Position numbers and translations under genes: made by a program. From Candidatus Levybacteria bacterium RIFCSPLOWO2_01_FULL_38_21 (GTDB lineage Bacteria; Patescibacteriota; Microgenomatia; Levybacterales; UBA12049): 50,274 bases of DNA. This document shows, piece by piece, positions 44,503 through 50,274 of this stretch. The notes under the pieces were generated by a model. It saw only the letters and a program-made list of their open reading frames with translations, ran no database searches and was not told the origin of the DNA. Each line of letters begins with the position of its first letter. Within the stretch, counting starts at the first letter, position 1. Location of the stretch: contig MFOT01000007.1 in the NCBI GenBank assembly GCA_001782475.1, positions 1 to 50,274 of the forward strand, written 5' to 3'.

Positions 44503-45579
44503 ATGTTTCTCAAGTCCCTCACTCTTGCCAATTTTAGAAACTACGAGAAAGCAGATTTTAAATTCACAAAAGACATAGCAGTGCTTATTGGTCCCAATAC
44601 TTGCGGGAAAACGAATTTTGTAGAAGGTGTTTTCTATCTTGCAATGGGAAGAAGTTTTAGGGCAGAAAAAGATTTAGATTTGATAAGTTTTGGAAAAAAT
44701 ATTGCCCGAATTAAGGCAGAACTTGCGGAAAAGAAAGAGCTTTTTGTTATTATCTCCAAAGAGGAATTAGATACTCGAGAAACCATCCGCAAAAAATATT
44801 TAGTAAATGGAGTCTTGAAAAAACGCTCGGATTTTGCAGGAAATTTGGTTTGCGTGCTTTTTTCTCCCGAGGATTTGGACATTATAATCGGTTCTCCGGT
44901 CTTACGAAGAAGATTATTGAACGATCTTTTAGAGCAAGTAGACAGAGACTATAGAAACGCGATCATAGCATATACAAAAGCACTTCGGCAAAGAAACGCA
45001 CTTTTAGACAGAGTGAAAGAGTCGGGAGTAAGAAATGAGAAACTTTTTGAATACTGGGATAATCTTCTAATACAAAACGGAGCGGTTATTACAAAAAAAA
45101 GAGGAGAATTTATTCAGTTTATCAATAACTTCCCAAAAGAAATCTTTGATTTTGTCGCTTTTTATGATAAAAGTATAATCTCAAGCGCAAGACTCATACA
45201 ATATAAAGACGCGGAAGTTGGAGCAGGGGTAACTTTGGTCGGTCCCCACAGAGATGATATATCTTTTCATATGTATCCTTCGACAGGCTCAGGACAAGCA
45301 ATAACTCATGATATAAAATCATTCGGGTCAAGAGGGCAACAGAGGCTTACAATTTTACAGCTTAAATTAATTGAGCTCTCATTTATAGAAAAACTTACGG
45401 GAGAGCGCCCAATACTTGTTCTTGACGATATCTTTTCAGAACTTGACAGCGATCATATAAGACTTGTCCTTGAGATGATCAAAGATCAACAAACTTTTAT
45501 TACAACAACTCACAAAGAATTTCTGGATAAAAAAACCATAGAAAACTCTGAAATGATAGAATTGAAAGAAAGAAGTTAA
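44503..45579 (+). CDS. recF: DNA replication/repair protein RecF
   Basis: NFRNY, GPNTCGKTN, FSPED, GPHRDD, SRGQQR, LDDIFSELD. Confidence 0.95.
   Translation: MFLKSLTLANFRNYEKADFKFTKDIAVLIGPNTCGKTNFVEGVFYLAMGRSFRAEKDLDLISFGKNIARIKAELAEKKELFVIISKEELDTRETIRKKYLVNGVLKKRSDFAGNLVCVLFSPEDLDIIIGSPVLRRRLLNDLLEQVDRDYRNAIIAYTKALRQRNALLDRVKESGVRNEKLFEYWDNLLIQNGAVITKKRGEFIQFINNFPKEIFDFVAFYDKSIISSARLIQYKDAEVGAGVTLVGPHRDDISFHMYPSTGSGQAITHDIKSFGSRGQQRLTILQLKLIELSFIEKLTGERPILVLDDIFSELDSDHIRLVLEMIKDQQTFITTTHKEFLDKKTIENSEMIELKERS
45276..45298 (+). repeat. Family A element in recF
   Basis: tccttcgacaggctcaggacaag, peptide PSTGSGQ. Confidence 0.9.
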
Positions 45580-45580
45580 A

Positions 45581-46435
45581 ATGAATAAATTCGATCCTAA
45601 GGTTTTTAAAAAATTGTATAGACCGCCGTCTAATTCTCACAAAGGGCAAAATGGAAAACTAATGATTATCGGAGGATCAAAGCTTTTTCACGCCGCATCT
45701 CTTTGGTCTTTGAAGGTTGCATCAAGAATAGTAGATATGGTTTTTTATTCATCCATTTCCGAAAACAACCAGATAGTCCAAAAGGCAAAAGAGGAATTTA
45801 GAGACGGAATTGTGGTACCAAGAGATAGAATCGATGATTATATAAATGAGGTAGACTGCATTTTAATAGGTCCCGGACTTCCAAGAGAGGAGGGGCAGGA
45901 GAAGGGGGATGATGATACAAAAGGCCTTACAGAGAAACTGCTTAAGAAATATCCCAACAAAAAATGGGTTATAGACGGAGGTTCTCTGCAAATGATGGAT
46001 TTGGAGATTATCCCGCGCAGTTCAATCTTGACTCCCCACAAAGGAGAGTTTGAGGTGCTCAAATTAAAAATTAAAAATGAAAAATTAAAAACGACAATTC
46101 AAAATTTAAAATTAGAAGAACAAGTTAAGATTTTTGCCGAAGAGTTCAATTGTATTGTACTTCTGAAGGGAAAAGAAGATATCATTTGCTCCCCCAGTGA
46201 ATGTTTAATTGTTGAAGGGGGGAATGCTGGTATGACAAAGGGAGGAACAGGAGATGTTTTGGCAGGTCTTGTCGCGGCTTTATATTGTAAAAACCAAGCT
46301 TTTCTTTCTGCTTGCGCAGGGTCTTCCATCAACAAAAAGGCAGGAGACAGCCTCTATAAAAAAGTAGGTTATTATTTTAATGCGTCCGATCTAGTCGACG
46401 AAATCCCAAAGGCGATGAAAAAATTAATCCTCTGA
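45581..46435 (+). CDS. nnrD: ADP-dependent NAD(P)H-hydrate dehydratase
   Basis: HKGQNG..IGGS, IGPGL, LTPHKGEF, LLKG, GGTGDVLAG. Confidence 0.92.
   Translation: MNKFDPKVFKKLYRPPSNSHKGQNGKLMIIGGSKLFHAASLWSLKVASRIVDMVFYSSISENNQIVQKAKEEFRDGIVVPRDRIDDYINEVDCILIGPGLPREEGQEKGDDDTKGLTEKLLKKYPNKKWVIDGGSLQMMDLEIIPRSSILTPHKGEFEVLKLKIKNEKLKTTIQNLKLEEQVKIFAEEFNCIVLLKGKEDIICSPSECLIVEGGNAGMTKGGTGDVLAGLVAALYCKNQAFLSACAGSSINKKAGDSLYKKVGYYFNASDLVDEIPKAMKKLIL
46061..46116 (+). repeat. In-frame heptamer array in nnrD
   Basis: aaattaa aaattaa aaatgaa aaattaa aaacgac aattcaa aatttaa, peptide KLKIKNEKLKTTIQNLKL. Confidence 0.8.
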
Positions 46436-46705
46436 TTGTTTTTGTAGTTTTTGGGCAAGGCGGGAGAGCTGAAGTGTTACAACAACTGCAAGAAAGGTAA
46501 TTACAATTGCATAGATAAGTAAGGAGATTATTCCTGAATTTTGAGGAAGCCATTTTTTAATGTAATTGCTTACAAGTTCCTGAATAAAATTATTCCATGC
46601 TAAAGCTGCTACTAGGCCAAAACCGCTTGTTGATAAGGTTACCATTTGTTTAACAACCTCAATATGCAGTTTTTGCGATTCCTTGCTTTGTTTTTTCTCA
46701 GACAT
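46424..46705 (-). CDS. DUF5654-like small membrane protein
   Basis: GFGLVAALAWN..IQ...YA..IT..AV. Confidence 0.8.
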   Translation of the reverse strand: MSEKKQSKESQKLHIEVVKQMVTLSTSGFGLVAALAWNNFIQELVSNYIKKWLPQNSGIISLLIYAIVITFLAVVVTLQLSRLAQKLQKQSED

Positions 46706-46721
46706 CGAATATAATTATATC

Positions 46722-47783
46722 ATGTACGCCCCAAAATTTACCATTACAAACAAAATTCTTAAAAATATCGGGATAATTGAGGCCTCAAGGGAAATAATAG
46801 ATAAAGCTCCGCTTCTTCCTTATTATGAAAAGCAATTTCAAGATGATGCGCTTATTAGAACAGTCCATTATGGTACTCACATCGAAGGAAACGAACTCAA
46901 TCTAACTCAGGCAGAGAATGTAATTATGGGAAAAGATGTTGTTGCAAGACAACGCGATATTCAGGAAGTTATAAACTATAGAAAAGTTATCCAATTTATA
47001 GGTGATTTGGAAGAAGAATTGAAAGAAAAGACAACAAAAGAAGTCAGTGAAAATATCATCAAAGAACTTCATAAGCTCGCTGTTAAAAAAATATTATCAA
47101 CCGAAACCATTGGAGAATATCGAAAAAAACAGGTTGTTGTGAAAAATAGTTATACCGGAAAGATTTCCTTTAAGCCTCCACTTTCTGTTGCAATTCCATT
47201 TCAGATAAAAGACCTAATTGCATTTATCAATAGCACGAAAGAATCAGATATTCATCCTGTTTTGAAGAGCGGAATTGTTCATTATGAACTTGTAAGAATT
47301 CACCCGTTTTTAGACGGAAACGGACGAGTTGCAAGAGCTCTATCAACTTTAATCTTATTCTTGGAAGGTTATGATATAAGAAAATTTTTCTCGCTTGAGG
47401 AATACTTCGATAAAGAAGCGCAAAGATATTATGAAGCACTTCAAAGTGTTGAGAAAAATGACGGCGATTTGACAAAGTGGCTTGAATATTTTACAGAAGG
47501 TCTTGCGATTGAACTTTCTAAAATAAAAGATAGAGTAGAGAAAATTTCAATCGATGCAAATCTTAGAGCAAAGCTTGGCGGAAGACCAATTATGCTTTCG
47601 AACCGCCAGCTTAAGATAGTTGAATATATGCAAAAAGCAGGATTTCTTCAAAACAAAGCATTCGAAAGCCTTTTCCCAATGGTTTCTGAGGACACAATTT
47701 TAAATGAGTTGAAAGGCTTACAAAAGGTCGGTATAATCCGAAAACAAGGAGTCACAAAAGCCGCAAAATATGTGATGAAATGA
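46722..47783 (+). CDS. Fic domain protein (start moved to ATG 46722)
   Basis: THIEGN, HPFLDGNGRVAR, C-terminal wHTH-like region. Confidence 0.92.
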   Translation: MYAPKFTITNKILKNIGIIEASREIIDKAPLLPYYEKQFQDDALIRTVHYGTHIEGNELNLTQAENVIMGKDVVARQRDIQEVINYRKVIQFIGDLEEELKEKTTKEVSENIIKELHKLAVKKILSTETIGEYRKKQVVVKNSYTGKISFKPPLSVAIPFQIKDLIAFINSTKESDIHPVLKSGIVHYELVRIHPFLDGNGRVARALSTLILFLEGYDIRKFFSLEEYFDKEAQRYYEALQSVEKNDGDLTKWLEYFTEGLAIELSKIKDRVEKISIDANLRAKLGGRPIMLSNRQLKIVEYMQKAGFLQNKAFESLFPMVSEDTILNELKGLQKVGIIRKQGVTKAAKYVMK

Positions 47784-49579
47784 AATTTAGGACTTTGGCA
47801 GAGTATTACGAGAAATTGGAGGGGACTTCAAAAAGGTTGGAGCTGATTGATATTCTTTCTGAATTATTTAAAAAAGCAAAGAGTGATGAGATAGGCAAGA
47901 TTTGCTATTTAATTCAGGGAAGGGTTGCTCCATTTTTTGAACCAATTGAGATTGGGATGGCAGAATCAATGATTGCGCAATCCGTTTCAAGAGCTTTTGA
48001 TGAAAGCAAAGAGGACGTTTTAAGGCTTTATAGAAAGTTGGGTAATTTTGGACTTGCGGCGCAATCATTGAGTAACAAGAAACAAGCAACAAGGGACAAG
48101 TTATCAGTCAAGGAAGTTTTTGATGAGCTTCTAAGAATTGCTAAATTTTCGGGAGAGGGGACTGTAGAAAAAAAAGTTTCAACTCTTTCAGATCTTTTGA
48201 AAAAGGTAGATCCTGTAAGCGCAAAACACATAGTAAATATCCCGCTTGATACGCTTCGTTTAGGCATAGGTGATCCGACAATCCTCGATGCTCTTTCTTT
48301 ATCAAAGAATGGTGATAAAACACTTCGCCCGATTCTTGAGGATGCTTATAATAAAACGAGCGACTTGGGTTTTGTTGCCGAAACATTTTTTAAGAAGGGA
48401 ATAGGCGGTATTAAAAATGTAAAACTAGTCGTTGGAAAACCTGTGAGACCTGCTCTTGCCGAAAGACTTCCCTCGGCAGATGAGGCAATCAAGCGCTTGG
48501 GGAAAAAATTTGCCGCAGAACCAAAATTTGATGGATTTAGAGTGCAAGTCCACATGGATAGAAGACACCTCCGAGGTGTGCCGCAGGCGCAACACCACCT
48601 CGGAGGTGGAGGAGAAGGGGTTATTCTGCTTTTTTCAAGAAATCTTGAAAATACAACTCATGCTTTTCCAGACATTGTCGATGGCGTCAAAAAAGAAGTA
48701 AAAGCAAAATCTGCGATTTTGGAAGGAGAGGCAATTGCGTATAATCCTGTTACATCGGAATTTTTGCCGTTTCAGGAAACTACAAAAAGAAGAAGAAAAT
48801 ATAAAATTGAGGAGATGGCAAAAAAACTCCCCCTAGTTTTATTTGCCTTTGATCTTTTGTATTTAAACGGAAAAGATATTACCCAAAAACCATACAAAGA
48901 AAGACGAGAGCTTTTGGAATTAATAGTTTCAAAAAATGGTGATATTGTTAAAATTGCCGAAGAAAAAATTCTAAAAAGCGCAAAAGAAATAGCGGAGTTT
49001 TTCAACGAAGCAATATCAGAAGGACTTGAAGGACTTATGCTTAAAAAACTGGACAGCGCTTATGTTGCAGGAGGGCGAGGTTTTCACTGGATTAAATTTA
49101 AAAGAAGTCAGGCAGGATCACTTACGGATACATTAGATTGCGTGCTTTTGGGAGTTTATTCGGGAAAGGGGAAAAGGACAGAGTTTGGCGTGGGAGGGCT
49201 TTTGGTCGGCGTTTATGATGAAAAGAAAGATGAGTTTGTATCAATTTCAAGAATTGGAACAGGACTAACGGATGAGGAATTTAGAAAAGTAAATGAAATT
49301 TCAAAGCATTTAAGGGTACAACATAAGCCAGCTCGGGTCAATTCCAACATAACCCCTTCCCATTGGGTTGAGCCAAAGGTAGTTTTGGAAATTCAGGCAG
49401 ATGAGATAACCCGCTCTCCAATTCATACAGCAGGGAGGGATAAAGAAGGTCTGGGATATGCTCTCCGTTTCCCACGCCTTGTAAAATTTAGAGAAGAAGA
49501 CAAAAGAGCAGAAGACGCAACAACAGTAAATGAAGTCATAAAACTTTACAATCAACAATTTGCCCACCACAAAAAATAG
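47780..49579 (+). CDS. lig: ATP-dependent DNA ligase
   Basis: EPKFDGFRVQVH, LEGE, FDLLY, EGLMLK, WIKFK, LRFPR. Confidence 0.95.
   Translation: MKFRTLAEYYEKLEGTSKRLELIDILSELFKKAKSDEIGKICYLIQGRVAPFFEPIEIGMAESMIAQSVSRAFDESKEDVLRLYRKLGNFGLAAQSLSNKKQATRDKLSVKEVFDELLRIAKFSGEGTVEKKVSTLSDLLKKVDPVSAKHIVNIPLDTLRLGIGDPTILDALSLSKNGDKTLRPILEDAYNKTSDLGFVAETFFKKGIGGIKNVKLVVGKPVRPALAERLPSADEAIKRLGKKFAAEPKFDGFRVQVHMDRRHLRGVPQAQHHLGGGGEGVILLFSRNLENTTHAFPDIVDGVKKEVKAKSAILEGEAIAYNPVTSEFLPFQETTKRRRKYKIEEMAKKLPLVLFAFDLLYLNGKDITQKPYKERRELLELIVSKNGDIVKIAEEKILKSAKEIAEFFNEAISEGLEGLMLKKLDSAYVAGGRGFHWIKFKRSQAGSLTDTLDCVLLGVYSGKGKRTEFGVGGLLVGVYDEKKDEFVSISRIGTGLTDEEFRKVNEISKHLRVQHKPARVNSNITPSHWVEPKVVLEIQADEITRSPIHTAGRDKEGLGYALRFPRLVKFREEDKRAEDATTVNEVIKLYNQQFAHHKK
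48073..48100 (+). repeat. In-frame heptamer array (NNACAAG)x4 in lig
   Basis: taacaag aaacaag caacaag ggacaag, peptide NKKQATRDK. Confidence 0.75.
48566..48608. repeat. In-frame 43-bp hairpin element in lig
   Basis: cacctccgaggtg-N17-cacctcggaggtg, perfect 13-bp inverted repeat; peptide HLRGVPQAQHHLGG. Confidence 0.85.
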
Positions 49580-49641
49580 TTGACAAAAAGAAGGCAGAGT
49601 GCTATCCTCGCTAGTTATTAGTACAGAGAGAAGGTGAGATA

Positions 49642-50070
49642 ATGCAGCAAGTAGAAAGAAGAATTAGCAAAGAACTCGCAGCAATTGAACCCTCGGATCA
49701 GGAAACGTTTAGAGCATTTTTCCTTTACGCTGGACAGGTGAAAGATGAAGAAGGGATAGTTATTGGGATTTTCCCAGCCGCTCTCAAGAGAGTCATCGCT
49801 TTGGCAGCAGAGAAAGCACCTTTTCTAGGAAGACTTCTTGATGAGGATGGAGAGCTTACTCCAGAAGCAATAGAAGAGTTCGACAGGCTAAGATTCGTCA
49901 ATGCAGCAGTCAGTTCAATGAGCAGATTTAGCGTTACTAGTGACCAGGATATAAAAAATACAGAAGCATCAACGGTAAGAACGCTTTTTACACAACGTGG
50001 CATTGAAATGCTGAAAGAAGCAACTGAATATGCAGTTATTACCTGGAACGCCAATCGCGTAGTGGTATAA
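49642..50070 (+). CDS. Hypothetical protein
   Basis: 142 aa; TTGACA-N17-TATCCT promoter at 49580 and AAGGTGA SD-like site. Confidence 0.7.
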   Translation: MQQVERRISKELAAIEPSDQETFRAFFLYAGQVKDEEGIVIGIFPAALKRVIALAAEKAPFLGRLLDEDGELTPEAIEEFDRLRFVNAAVSSMSRFSVTSDQDIKNTEASTVRTLFTQRGIEMLKEATEYAVITWNANRVVV

Positions 50071-50086
50071 TATCTCTGTGACATTC

Positions 50087-50157
50087 GTCCAACTCATCTT
50101 ACTTTTCACCTTCTCAATTCTATCCGAATACGGCTCAAAGAGCGATTCTCGTCGGAC
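50087..50157 (+). repeat. 71-bp structured element, copy 2
   Basis: Homologous to 41381-41451. Confidence 0.8.
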
Positions 50158-50166
50158 ATCAATTCT

Positions 50167-50274
50167 ATGAATTTTGTTGCAGACTTACATCTTCATTCAA
50201 AATACTCCCGTGCGGTTTCACAGCAGATGGTTTTGCCCGAGATGGCAAGGTGGGCAAGCTTAAAAGGACTTGAT
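50167..50274 (+). CDS. PHP-domain endonuclease Q-like protein, N-terminus, partial
   Basis: Manual translation MNFVADLHLHSKYSRAVSQQMVLPEMARWASLKGLD. Confidence 0.8.
   Translation, partial: MNFVADLHLHSKYSRAVSQQMVLPEMARWASLKGLD

Noticed and set aside
8531-46722. Long N-terminal extensions in the ORF track (tkt-C, gap, HD, DUF4926, murD, ftsH, GT4, mutM, Fic)
   Set aside because: They run through promoters or repeats from alternative start codons; family homology begins at the downstream starts used here.
361-50084. Numerous 60-190 aa ORFs antisense to or overlapping recognised genes (e.g. 18061-18504, 42091-42651, 49725-50084)
   Set aside because: Shadow ORFs of well-supported genes, with no motifs.
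1-50274. CRISPR array, rRNA, intact IS transposase or prophage
   Set aside because: No regularly spaced repeat-spacer units, rRNA-like tract, DDE/HUH transposase or phage structural genes seen.

Overview
Low-GC bacterial chromosome segment. Gene content (split transketolase, archaeal-type UMP kinase, ATP-dependent ligase, stand-alone 5'-3' exonuclease, TraG/VirD4-like ATPase, CvpA-CAP fusion) suggests a Patescibacteria/CPR, Microgenomates-like genome (inference). It is mostly housekeeping: PBP1A, pgk, tkt N/C, gap, nrdR-nrdJ-pduO, Xer-like recombinase, ftsB-like, murD, trpS, ftsH, mutM, pyrH, recF, nnrD, lig and 3 tRNAs. Three layers are not shown by the ORF track. (1) Small cassettes (toxin-antitoxin pairs, a GIY-YIG nuclease, orphans) sit at the termini of core genes, each bounded by a diverged second copy of that terminus: pgk 3', gap 5', ftsB-like 3' in three copies, tRNA-fMet 3', plus orphaned gap 3' ends. 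No integrase or transposase lies inside the cassettes. (2) Several families of short palindromes (TTCGRC-N3-GCTCA core read as PSxxSGQ; CCTGCCTGCCGGCAGGCAGG read as LPAGRQ; others) and many 7-nt-period arrays lie in frame inside core genes and between genes. The stem arms covary between copies and twice include a start codon. (3) A compact cobalamin riboswitch with terminator lies between nrdJ and pduO. There are also paired NrdR boxes, a tRNA-Ile(UAU), an atypical initiator-like tRNA and many apparently leaderless promoters. No CRISPR array, rRNA or intact transposase was seen. All calls are by eye, without database searches.
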